Source of the DNA: an uncultured virus (IMG/VR IMGVR_UViG_3300029953_000003)
Lineage: Duplodnaviria > Heunggongvirae > Uroviricota > Caudoviricetes
Length of the DNA stretch: 64,000 bases
Virus record (IMG/VR): IMGVR_UViG_3300029953_000003
Strand: one strand, 5' to 3'
Part shown: positions 18,720-30,100 of the stretch, one piece after another
How the letters are laid out: the number at the start of each line of letters is the position of its first letter
How positions within the stretch are numbered: position 1 is the stretch's first letter
Notes under the pieces: generated by a model
Told to the model about the DNA's origin: nothing
What the model saw: the letters and a program-made list of their open reading frames with translations, nothing else
Database searches by the model: none
Program-made: the position numbers and the translations under genes

Positions 18720-19000
18720 GAATCTGCTACCACAGGCTCGAAGAACCCGGCCCATGCCTCTTGGACTGTTGCGTTTCCTGGCCACTGGATTCGCACGAGC
18801 CAGCGCGAGCTTCGTGTTTCATCTCCGCTCAGCCGGCATAGCTTGATTTTGACGAGTGCGCCCTGGTGCTTTGTCCACAGCAATCCTGCGTTTTGCCGCA
18901 AGCGCACATCCGTATCTGGCAAGATCGGAAGCGCTCCGGCGTGGTCTTTCCTGCTTGCCAGGTGGACCTCGCCGTGGAAGTGGCGGTTGGGCCTACCCAC
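18716..19000 (-). CDS. Hypothetical protein
   Basis: Sits between the HAD gene and the dnaE fragment, with an ATGA overlap. Confidence 0.5.
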   Translation of the reverse strand: MGRPNRHFHGEVHLASRKDHAGALPILPDTDVRLRQNAGLLWTKHQGALVKIKLCRLSGDETRSSRWLVRIQWPGNATVQEAWAGFFEPVVADS

Positions 19001-19003
19001 GAC

Positions 19004-19597
19004 TCACGGCTTGTCGCAGATTGGACACAGATCGTACCCGTGACGGCACTCGACGAGCATCCGAGCGAACGGCAGTGGCTCGACGCAGCTCACGCGCTTG
19101 GCGCGCCCAGGCTTTTCTTGTTCGGCCATGTTGAGCAAGAACATGGGGACATTACGAACGCCGTAGGTCGTTTGCGCATCCTGCTTGAATCGGCAGCCGT
19201 CGTTCGGGTGCCCTCCCGTTCTGTGAAAGATGCAGCACGACGTGGCGTCGTCGTCTTCGTCGTGCCTTGCGCGCTGGGCCATCGTTCCGGAGCGCGCGTG
19301 CTTCTCGACGGCAAGGGCCTCGCGAAGATCTCGGACGCCTTCGGGCTCGTCGTCGACCCAGATGTCTACCTTGTACCCTGCGCGCCTGGCAGCCGCGTCT
19401 TTCCACCCTCCGTCCGCGAAGACGATCGGCATGAGATCCCCGATCACCTTCTTGGGCTCGCGGCCGTGCGTTTCGTCATCGCTTCGTGCGGTGACCAGGA
19501 TGCAGACGTGGGTGAGGCTTTGGAGCAGGCGCACGATCGCGATGAACGCCGATGGATCGCTTGTGAACGTTCCGTCGTAGTCGAAGGCGAAGATCAT
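19004..19597 (-). CDS. HAD-superfamily hydrolase-like phage protein with a Cys/His C-terminal extension
   Basis: MIFAFDYDGT (motif I DxD), LVTAR (motif II), WK, and IWVDD (motif IV). Confidence 0.8.
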   Translation of the reverse strand: MIFAFDYDGTFTSDPSAFIAIVRLLQSLTHVCILVTARSDDETHGREPKKVIGDLMPIVFADGGWKDAAARRAGYKVDIWVDDEPEGVRDLREALAVEKHARSGTMAQRARHDEDDDATSCCIFHRTGGHPNDGCRFKQDAQTTYGVRNVPMFLLNMAEQEKPGRAKRVSCVEPLPFARMLVECRHGYDLCPICDKP

Positions 19598-19689
19598 GGC
19601 TGCTCCGTCGGCGCTGAGCCACACGAGGTGGAGAACGCGATCACGACGATCGTAATGAGCGGGATGATGGCGGCGATCTTCTTGCGCAT
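19594..19689 (-). CDS. 31-aa micro-lipoprotein-like ORF
   Basis: MRKKIAAIIPLITIVVIAFSTSCGSAPTEQP*; its TGA overlaps the HAD ATG. Confidence 0.5.
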   Translation of the reverse strand: MRKKIAAIIPLITIVVIAFSTSCGSAPTEQP

Positions 19690-19873
19690 GGGTACCGTGG
19701 GCATCTGGTGTTGTGCGGTTGTGTCCGGGCCATGATACGTCTGGCGCTGTCACGTGTCACGTCTATCTTGAGATCGTCTTCAACGGGCCATGGCGTCGTG
19801 GGCGTGCTGCTGGCGCAGCTTACGAAATGCGGCGACGGCCGGCTGGACGAGTCGCAGATCTCGCTTGAGGAAT

Positions 19874-20206
19874 GTGCGCGTGGTAGAGCATGAACCTGTG
19901 AGCGGGTGGCGGAAGACGTCGGGCGACGCGGCAATCTATGCCCGCGAGGGGTGGGAGGCGCGGCAGCGCGCCGAAGCGGCGCTTCGTCTTGTTGATCAGG
20001 CGCGATCTGCCGGCAACGTCCTCGTCGCCCTGGAGATGAGCGCGGTTGCGCTGGAGGCGTCGGCTTTGGCTGCGCGTCGAGCGGCCACGGCCTGGCGGAC
20101 AGATCCGGGCGGCAGGATCGGCAAGGATGCCACGCGGAGCCTTGCTGGGGCTACGGCAGCGGCGGAGCTGGCGGTGCGAAGGGTTGCGGAGATGGTGGAG
20201 TCGTAG
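19874..20206 (+). CDS. Hypothetical Ala-rich helical protein
   Basis: Protein-like 3' part of ORF 19790..20206; start uncertain. Confidence 0.45.
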   Translation: MRVVEHEPVSGWRKTSGDAAIYAREGWEARQRAEAALRLVDQARSAGNVLVALEMSAVALEASALAARRAATAWRTDPGGRIGKDATRSLAGATAAAELAVRRVAEMVES

Positions 20207-20224
20207 CGCGCCGCGCGTGGACGT

Positions 20225-20428
20225 TCAGCGGTTCGCGACGCGAAGGCGTTCTCGGGCTTCGGCCTGAGCTTCTGCACGCTTCCAGGAAGCCTGGAACCCG
20301 CCTCCTTCGCTGCTGTGAGGCGTCAGCGAGACGATCTTTTCAGCGAACCTCGCGGCCGATGCGGTGGCCGTGGCGCAGCAGGCTTGGCACGCCTCGATCG
20401 GGCCCTTGTGTTCGTGCGAAGGCGTCAT
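20225..20428 (-). CDS. Small hypothetical protein
   Basis: MTPSHEHKGPIEACQACC...; ATGA overlap with the upstream gene. Confidence 0.5.
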   Translation of the reverse strand: MTPSHEHKGPIEACQACCATATASAARFAEKIVSLTPHSSEGGGFQASWKRAEAQAEARERLRVANR

Positions 20429-20955
20429 GCCGATCGCGCCAGAGACGGCCAGTTCCCGCCCGCGTCGAGCGCCTCGAGCTGAGCGACGCTCAGGTTCACG
20501 AATCGAACGAGCCGTGGATCCTTGCCGTCGAGACTCCACTCCTGATTCGCTCTCCACGTTCGCCGGATGAACTCGACGGCTCTTCCGTCGTCGATGCGCA
20601 GAACATGTTTGCGCGAAAGCGTAGCGATCCACGCGTGGATCTCTTCTTTGGATCCCGGATCGATGTTCTGGCTCGAGCCAACTTCAAGGCAGCGATTCAG
20701 CTCATGGCTTTCATTGCGTCGACGGTAGATATCGTAGTCGATGCCGAATCTTTTGATCGATTCGGCGTCGAGGATGTCTTTGAGCGCGTCCGCGGTTTCG
20801 CGCATGCGCTTTACCTCCTCCAACCCGTCGGGAATGCTGTTTCTGTGACGCATCAGAAGAACTTCTCGGATTGCAGAAGCTCTCACCTTCGGGTCGTCGT
20901 TGTTGAGCCGGGACTCGCCCATTGCGGCCATCTCGTCTCTCGTCGGTTGCTTCAT
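20425..20955 (-). CDS. Hypothetical protein
   Basis: GAGGAG RBS; 176 aa. Confidence 0.65.
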   Translation of the reverse strand: MKQPTRDEMAAMGESRLNNDDPKVRASAIREVLLMRHRNSIPDGLEEVKRMRETADALKDILDAESIKRFGIDYDIYRRRNESHELNRCLEVGSSQNIDPGSKEEIHAWIATLSRKHVLRIDDGRAVEFIRRTWRANQEWSLDGKDPRLVRFVNLSVAQLEALDAGGNWPSLARSA

Positions 20956-21159
20956 GTTCGTCTCCTCGTGGACCAGCCCGCGGCAGGTGCGCCCCGCCTC
21001 ACCGGCCCAATTCGAGTCGATACTATCACGAATTTTGCACTTTGCGCCACGGCTCTCGATGCGAACGTCATGAGCTGAAGTGTCCAGAGTCCATGGCCTT
21101 TTGGCCCTTGTTGGAGTGCATGGTGCTTGTGGCCTGGTGAGAAGCCTCTGGCTTTTTTT

Positions 21160-24100
21160 TCAGATTCTGGGCAGTTTTCTCTGCGTGAACCAGATCCGTG
21201 CAGAGTCCAGGCTCTCGAGGTCGGCGCTTTCGTTGAAGACGACGGAGGTCTTGGCGGTGATGGCGATGGACACGCCGTAGCGAGGATCGGAGCCGGCGAC
21301 CTCTTCGCGAGTGGAGATGATGTCGAGGATGCCTTGCTTGTCGTCCGCGTGGAGCTTGGCCTCGTAGGCGACCTCGCGACCGCTGGTCGTGTTGCGCGCG
21401 TGTCGCTTTTCGACGGAGACCTTCCACTGTGCGCCAGTCTGCTCGCTGAGCAGTGGAAGGATAAACCGGATGAAGTCCTTCCATTCGGCCGGCGTGAAGA
21501 ACGGAGCCTCGGCTTTGGCGAGGTGCGCGACGAGCTTCTTGCCGGCTGCGTCGTCGCCCTTGACGGCGCGCTCGAGGAGCGCGTGCATGTTGGGGTGAGC
21601 GAGGAGCTCGGCGCGCGCCTCGGCGAGCTTCTGCGTGGCGAAGCGTCCGATGGCGAGCCCAACGGGCTCGTAGGACACGGTGAACGCCTGGTTGGGCGCG
21701 TGATTCTCCCCGAGGCTTTCGTGAACCAGGATGTCAGCGCGGCGTGCGAGCACGCGGACTCGCTTCGGACCGTTGGGGGTCTTGAGGATGGCCTCGTTCT
21801 CGCCCAGGTCGGCCGGCTTCTCGACAGTCTTGTAGCGATCTTGTTTTTGTGCCTTCGAGCTCTTCACCTCGACGACGCCGCCACGGTAGGTCACCAGGAG
21901 CGCCATGTCGCAGAGGTGGGGATCTTGCGAGGCGAGAACGCTCTTGCCATAGAGGCTCCTGTAGAGCTTTTCGCCGGTCGCTACGGCGCCCTGTTCGCTC
22001 GCGTGGTGGGTCTCGACGAGCCACATCTTGTTCTTTTTGAAATACCAGACCTTGGGCTCGACGAGGTTCGTGTGGCGCACTGCCTCGGGCTTGATGAGCT
22101 TCGTAGCATCGAGCGCTTCGGGCTCCTCGCGGAAGCGCTCGATGACTTGGAGTCGTTCACGGGTGGGCTTCTCGCTGGTTTTGGTTTCTTTCGGCGCGTC
22201 GCCTTCGACGTGCCAGATCCATCCGTTGTCCTTTTTGACAGCGATGACGCGCACGACGGTGCGGCTGTCGCCGCTCTTCGTCCGGCGGATGATCGTGACG
22301 CGAGCGGCCTCTCCCTTCGGGGGGAAGGCTTCCATCCACTCTCCTGCCCATGCGGTGGCTTCGGCCTCGCCCTTGTCGCTGGCCTGGAGGTAGTGAACCT
22401 GCCGTTGCGGGACGTGGTTAGCCAGCAGATCCTTGGCGGCGTGACTCCCGTCGTACGCGGAGACCTCGGTCATCTCGCGGTGCGTTTTGCTGTGCGGGAT
22501 TGCGCTGACAGGTGTCGCCGGCGGCTCTTTCGGCATCCCCGGAGGCGGCGCGGCTGCCAGGTAGGCGCGAAAGCCTGCCGCGTCAGGACCCATCTGGAAG
22601 TTGAAGAAGCTGGGGCTGTCCGGCACCGAGCTCTTGCTGTACTGGAGGCCGTTGAACGCAGCCTGGCTGGTGTTCATGTCGCGCTTGCCGACGCGCTTGA
22701 TCCACCCGAGCATCTCGGCGCTCTGGAGCATGTCGTCGGCGTCGGCGGCGAAGAAGGGGAACCCGCCAGGGTGGAGCTCGACGATCTGTCCGCCGTGCTC
22801 TTGTCCGCGCGTGGCGATCCTATCCGCAAACCGGCGGAAGGTGATCGCGCGTGCGCCTGACTGAAGGCTTGCCTTGAACGACGCGATCCGGTTTGCGTCG
22901 GGTCCGACCGCGGTGCCTGCGTCATGTTTTACGATCGGGATGGCCTTGATGGCTTCCGGCGCGAGCTTGGAGACAGCTTCGCGCGTGATGAGGCCAACCT
23001 TGCCCTGGTAGACGGTCTCTAGTGCGCCTCGGACGCGCGCGAACATGTCGCGCGGAACGATCGCGATTGCGACAGGCTTGTAGTCCTCCGGGTACGTGAC
23101 GGCGCCGGCGCCGCCGGTGTTCATTTCGATGAATCGCTCGAGCGCGTCGTGCCAGTGCGTGCGCTCGCCCTTGTGGGTGACGCCCTGGTGCGCCGTCTTG
23201 GAGTATGGCATCGAGCGCTTGGAGAGTAGCGCCTTCACGGCATGTACGACGAGATTCGAGTGGGTCGGAGGGACGGTGCTTTCGTTCTTCGAATCGGCTT
23301 CTCTTCGATTCTGGATCTGTTGCGCCAGATCTTTTGCGTCTTCCGCGAGCGCTTCGGTCTGCTTGGCGAGAAGTCCAGCAGGGAGCTTTTTTGCGTGCTC
23401 CTCCGCGCCTTGCTTTGCGGCTTCCGGCGTCGTGTACGTGCCGACGTGGTGATGCTCTCCGATCGGTCTGTATGAGACGTTGTGCTCGTTCTTGCGGTGG
23501 GAGATCATGTACGGGCCGGCGCCTGACAGGGGTGCCTGGATGTCGCTTCCAGGAGACTCCTTCCAGTCGAGCAGCACGTCGGGGCGGCCGGCGCTCTCGT
23601 CCGGGAAGTCGGCGCTCTTGGCGCGCCAGCGGTGGTCGGTGTCCTGCTGGGCGTAGTGCGGCACCATCGACGCGAGCGCGCGCCCGACGTCGCTCTTCGT
23701 CCACGTCTTGGGCAAGCCTTCGATCATGCCAGCCTCGCGCTTGCACGCCGCGTAAACCTCGTCGAGCTCGAGAGACTCGTGAGCTTCTCCCAGGGCACGG
23801 GCGACGCAGAGGACCATCGGGTGCGCGCCGACGGAAGCGACGGCCTGTTCCAGCCGGGTCGGCGTGGATGCGCCGGTGGCGAGTTTGGCTCCGATCCGGT
23901 TCATGGCGACAACCGTTCGCTCTCCTGCGTATTTGTCAAAGCTTCCGTCCGGAAGCTTCTTCCCGTCGACCAGGATGACGTAGTGCGGGAACGAGTAGGA
24001 CGTGGTCCCCTTCGGGAAGGCGCCGATGACGTAGACAGGAACGCCATCTTTCCCGTCCAGGTACACCCTCGCGCCGCGCGGAAAGGTCATCGTGGTGGCT

Positions 24101-27100
24101 TCAGGGCGTGACAACGAAGCCATCTCCTGCGCCGCGTCGACGATCATGGCTCTGCTGGGCACGACGGCGCCGCGAGACTCGGCCATGTCGCGGATCGTGT
24201 TCGCCTCGACCGCGGCCTCTCTCGAGCCGCTCTGTTCGGCAAGCGCCAGCGAGATGAGCTTCTCGGTGACGTTCGTTGCAACGACGGCCGGCGCGCTTTC
24301 AGAGCGAGCGGAAGGCGCAGTCACGAGCGCGCTTTCGTTGTTCGGCATGACCGTGACGCCGGCCATGGCGCGCTCGACGGCCATGCGAGCTTGCGGGCCG
24401 TGCAACTTGAAGGCCCCAAAGGCTACGGCATCGAGGCCAACGCCGCCGGCGTGGCGCACGATGACGCGCCCGACGCTCTCTTCGAACGGCTTCTTGTACC
24501 GGGTGCCGTGGGTCGTGATCTCGACGTAGTAGACCGGCTCCTTGGACTTGTTGAGGCCGGGCTTGTTCTCGACCACCTCTTCGCTGCTGTAGACGCCGCG
24601 AAGGGCCTTGTGGATTCGCTCTGCGGCGACCTTGGGGGCGAGGACGGTGCCCGCAGGGAGTGCCTCGATGGCGCTCTTGGTGCTGGTGCGAGCGAGCATG
24701 GGAGCGACGGTTGCGGCCTCCGGAGTACCTTGCGCGCCGGTCTTTTCTTCGTCCGAGGACAGGACGTGGATCCCGTTCATGGCCCGGTCGAGGAGGTCGC
24801 GGGCGAGTGTCTTTTGCTCGCGGAGATCGGCGCGCACGGCGCTGGTTCCAGCGCCGCCCGCGATCTTGATCGCGAACCGCCCCAGATCGATCGAGGTCTC
24901 GGTCTTCAGGTGCCCGGTCACGTTGGAGGTGTAGGCTTCGACCTCCCATTCGCGTCGTCCGGCGCTGGGCTCACGGAGCGTGACGCCTGCGCCTAGCGCC
25001 TTGAACGTGGCCATGAGCCGCTGCGCGGCTTGCGCTTGCGTGAGCGGCGTGCCGCTCGTCGCGTTTGCGGTGACGGTCTGCGCGGCATGTTCGCTCGCGC
25101 CAGGTTCGCCGCCGGTCGCTTTCCAGTAGGCGCGAAGCGCGTGCGCGGCTGCGTCTTGCGTTGGGGCTCCGGTGCGGCGCGACCACGTCTTGGTCGACTT
25201 CCACCAGTTGAAGCCGTGGTGGTTGAGGTAGTCCGAGAAGGCTGCCTCTGGGGAGTTGTCGAGAGGACGTCCAGGGAGCTGGACATTGACGCGGCCGTCA
25301 CTCTCCCACACGCGCCATCCGATCGGTACAGCGACGCCCTCGAAGGTCGATGCGTTTAGAGGCTGCGCGCTTCGCTCGCTCGCTTCGATGTTCGCGATCT
25401 TGACCTCGGCCTCGTGGATCGCGCTCTCGGGCGCTCCGAGGGCGACGGCCTTGAGCGCCTGCTGGGCGATGGCTTCCTTGATTTCACCCGCGGGATTGAG
25501 AGCCCCGGCCTGGACGCTGGTGGCGACGGCGGCGGGAGGAGTGGCCCTGGCGGGGCGCGCGTCGAAGAGGCCGAGGCCAAGCTGTCCCTCGGGCACGTCG
25601 CCGTGGACGTGCTTCGCGAGAAAAAGAAGCATCTCGATCGGGTCTTCGGTGTCATTCCACACCTTCGCCTCTTCGCGAGAGATGGGACGAGCGCGACTGT
25701 CCTCGTCTGCGTCGCCTCGAAGGATGCTCCTGTCGCAGGCTTCCGAGATCTCGTCGATCCGCTTCAGGTAGGCTTCTGCTTCTGGCGTTCCGAGGATGCG
25801 CCTGGCTTCGAGAGCCCTGTCGAGCTTCTTTTTTGCCGCGGGTCCGCTGGCGACGGCTTCCGAGAGCCATCGCTCGCAGTTCGCGACATGCTTCCTTGCG
25901 TTGTCGTACGCGTTTTTTGCTCGCTCGAGCTGCTCTTTGTTCTGCTTGCTTGCAATCTTGGCGACTTGCCGGCTTGCGCTTTCGAGATCGCTCTCTTTCC
26001 CGACGAGTCGTTGCTTGCTTTCCGTGAGGTCGTCTTTCTTCGACGGGACCTCTTCCTTGGCGCGCCGGACGTCATCGATCGTGTCCTTGATCGTTTCGGC
26101 GATTTTCTCGCGGAGACTCTTCTTTCGCTTGTCGTGCTGCTCGCGCTGTTTCTCAACGAGCTTGCCGCGGAGCTTGTTCAGGTTCGCTTCAATCGCGTCT
26201 TGCTCGCTCTGGACCTCGGCCTCGAGCCGCTTGACATGTGCGATGGCGGCCTCGGCGGCGTGGGTGGCGACGATCGCCTCTTCGGCGCCCACGGTCGCGT
26301 TGTGGTAGGTCTCCGGGTCGATCTGCGCAATCTCGGCGACCTTCTCCGCCACGATCGCGGCGATGGCCTCCTCCTTTGCCGCCTCGGGCATCGCCGAGGT
26401 CTCGATCGCGGCGGCCCGTGCCACTGCGCGCTTGTCCTTGGTGGTCGCGTGCTCGGCCTGCTTCAGCACGTGCTCGCGAGCTCGTTGTGCCTTGCCCTCC
26501 AGGCTTTGCGCTTCGCGCAGGCGCCCGGCGGCGTCCCGGCGCGCTTCGGCCAGCTCGGCGAGGAGACCGATCAGCGTCTCGCTCTCGGCCTGGGCCGGCG
26601 TCGTCGCAACGCCGGCGATGTGCGCCAGGTGCTTGGCGAGCGTGTGAATGCGCTTGTGAGAGATGTCGTGGCACATCGCGTCGCCGACGCACTTGTGCGG
26701 GAACACCGGACCTCGCGGCAGGCGCATTTTTGCGCCCGTCACGTCGTCGCTCACGTACATCCCCGGCGCGATGCTGCTTGCCAGATCTCCGGTCGGTTCT
26801 GCCTTGGCCTTGGCCTTCGACTCTTCCGCGACGTACGCCTTCCGCAGGCTCTCGGCCTTGGTACGGGCAAGCGCCTGGATCTCGGCCTTCGTCGGCAGCG
26901 CGATTCCCTTGGCGTCAGCCTCGGCGCGCGCTTCGGCGATCTCGCTGCTCGCCGTTGCCGAACCGGCGTCATGCGCGACGTGGAGGTCGACCAGGTGCCC
27001 GATGGTCGCAACGGCGTCGTGAGAGACGGGGGTGACGCTCGGGGGCTGCGCGCCCCCTGCGCCAGGGCCATGGCCCTGGACCCCACCGCTCACGATGTTC

Positions 27101-30100
27101 GCTTCGGAGCCTTCGGCGGCGCCGGCGTTGGACCTGGCAGGCTCGACGAGTGAGCACATGAGGAGCCAGTCGACGAGGTCGTCTCTGGACATCGTTCGCC
27201 ACCCGGGCATTTTCGGGACGCGCGCCATGCCATGCGGCCTCGGCGCGAACTGGCTGAAGATGCCTGCGAAGGCTCGCGGGACGATCGCGAAAACGTTGTC
27301 GTCTGCACGGACCTCGACTTCCTTCCCCGAGCGCAGGAGGCTGGCGAGGCGCTCGGCGTTCTCCTGCCCCATCCCGCGAGCGAGGATCTCGGCGTGGGTC
27401 TGGACGTTGCTCTTGGCGACCTCGGCGACGTCTGCGGCCGCGGGGGCTTCCACGCCCAAGGTGAGCGCGTCGGCGCGGACGCTCTTCGCCTCGTCGGCGG
27501 CCTTGCGGGCGCCAGCGGCGTCGCCCTCGGCCTTGGCCTTCATCTCTTCGACCTTGAGCTCGACGAGGGCCTGCGCCACGCCTTCCGCGGCGATCGCGGG
27601 GGCCATGGCAGGTGCGCCGGGGACAGAGCTACCGGCACTCTCCGGCAGGCGTTGCGCCTGAAGAATCAGCAGCCCGAGCCGGTGGTAGAGCGGCGAGGTG
27701 CCGGGCTGGATCGCGGTGTTGAGGTCTTGCGCGCGCTTGAACGCGCCGGCGACCTCCGCGGGAGTGCCGTGTGCGCAGAGATCGGCAGCCTCGAGAAGCG
27801 CGGCAGCGACAGACTTCAGATCCTTGGGCGTGGCGTGGCGGTGGAGCCCGCCGTTGGTGACCTTCTTCGCGAGATCCTTGGCGGTCTTCCTCAGGGCAGC
27901 AGCCTCGAGAGACAGTCCTGCGAGATCGGCGCCGCCAGCGCGCTTGGGCGACGGCTCCTCGGGCTTGGAGAGGTCGGCCGCGATGGGCATTCGCTCGATC
28001 GCGGTCATGTCGTCGGCGTGAGCGGCGGGGTGGCCCTCTGCGGCCAGGCGCCAGATCCCATCGTTCAGATAGGCGAGGACATCGCCTTGTCTCATTTCGC
28101 GAAGCTTGTCGGCACTTGGCGCACGCACCAGAAGCTCGGTCGGCTTCACCCACAAGGGAAGCTGCGCGATCACGCGGAAGGTTTCGCCGGGCACCATGGC
28201 GATGCGCTGGATTTCGTGACGGGTCACGGTCCAGCCTTCCTGCGCGGCCTTGGCTTCGGCGTCTTCGGCCGATTCGAACGGGCCCGCGAAGTTGATGAGG
28301 CCACCGCCGTCCGAGATCCAGAAGCCGGGCGCCATCGGCTCGCCGGTTGCCGAGGTGCTTGGCTTGCGCAGGTGGTAAATCCTGAGATCTTTCGGGGCGG
28401 CAGGCTTGGCGACGACGCCGGACTCGATGGCCTCGATCGTTTTCAGCGCGGCGTCCCTGGCTTCGCCGCTGAGGAGCTTCGACGTGCGGCTGTTTTTCCC
28501 GACGAAGTAGATCTTGTCGTTGTCGGTGACGTAGCCCTCCGCGCCGTTGTCGACGATGCGCATGGCGGCGATCTTGAATCGCTTCTTCGGGTCCTCGACG
28601 TACGCCATGTCGCAGGACTTGCCGTTGTAGTAGCAGCCGACGCCTTTCCTCTTCTCGCGAGGCTTGTCGTTGGAGCCGGTCGCCTCGTCGGCCATCCTGT
28701 GGTCCACGATGCCCGCGGAAGAGATCTCGCGTGCGGCCTCCTCGATCGCGGCGTGGCTAGGCGGCGCGAGCTTGGCTTCTTCGGCCTGCTCGCGCACCTC
28801 CTGCATCTCCGCAGTGATCGCTCGCTCTTGATCGGGCGTCTTGGCCGTGCTCCTCGCGACCTCCATCACGACGAGCTGCTCGGTCACCTGTTGCTTCAGG
28901 CCACCGCGGACCGACGCGCGCTCGACTTCGTGTGCCGCTTCCTCGATCGCGGCGACGCTGGGGGGCGCGAGCTTGGCCACCTCGGCGGTCGCGCGCACCA
29001 GGTCCGCTTCGGCGACGATGGCCTTCGTCTCCTCGGGCGTCTCTGCGGCTTCCTTGGCGACCTCGAGCTCGATGAGCTTCTCGGTTACCTCCTGCTTCAT
29101 CGGCGCGCTCGCCGTGACGCACGCGGCGCACAGGTTCTCCGTGAAGGGTCCGGGGTGAGGCTCTTCCGGGTTGCCGCCCGGCGTGCCCGGCTCGATGTCG
29201 AGGCAGCGCGGGCAGACGGCGACGGCGACGGCTTCCTCGCGGACGACAGGAGACGTGACTTTTTGCGCGGCCTGGACGTCGGCCACCATCAGCTCGTTCT
29301 CGCCCAGGTCGAGGATGCGGTCGTCCTCGAGCCGCATGTGCGTCTTTCCCTTGGTGGTGGTCGTGTACTGGACGGGGGAGAACACGCCGGAGAAGGGACC
29401 GATGCGCTCCATCTTCTTCCACGGACCCGCCACGCGGATGCCGCGCTGGATGGCGCCGGCACGCACGAGCGTGCCGGGGTAGCCGCTCGCGGCGTACGTC
29501 GCGATCTCCTGCTCCGTCCTGTCGGCGGCGCCTTGGATCTCTTGCACGATGCGCCGCGCAGCATCGCGGATGCCGGGGCTGGCCATGCGCGTGAAGGCAC
29601 CATCGCCCAGTGATGGCGTCGCGCGCCATCCCTGGCTGCGCATCTTTTCGAAGATCTCGCGAGGTACGCGCTCGCCGAACAGGATCTGGATGCGGTTGTC
29701 CTCCTCGCGAACCTCGACGTTGCCGAGGGTCTCCGGCCCTACGCCAGCCGCGATTTCGCGCGATGCGATGTCCTCGAGGCGCTTCTCGAGGCGCCGGATC
29801 TCGGCGGTGCTGCTCGTGAGACTGAACGACGGGATGCCGTACCGCCCAGCGAAGTCAGGCTCCGTGCCCTTGAGCAAAATCCTGACGAGCTGGTCGCGGT
29901 CGGGAAGGCCGAGGGCGGAGAACGCATCGGCTTCGTGCGTTGCTGCCTCCGTGGCCCACGCGCGTCGGAGCGCGTCGATCTCGGCATGCTTTGCGTCGAT
30001 CTTCGGCGCCATCTTCGCGAGATGCTTGTCGCGCAGCTCCTGTGCTTTTTTGTAGAGGTCGCCGCCGTAATCCGTCTTCGCCTTGACCGATAGCGCCTCG

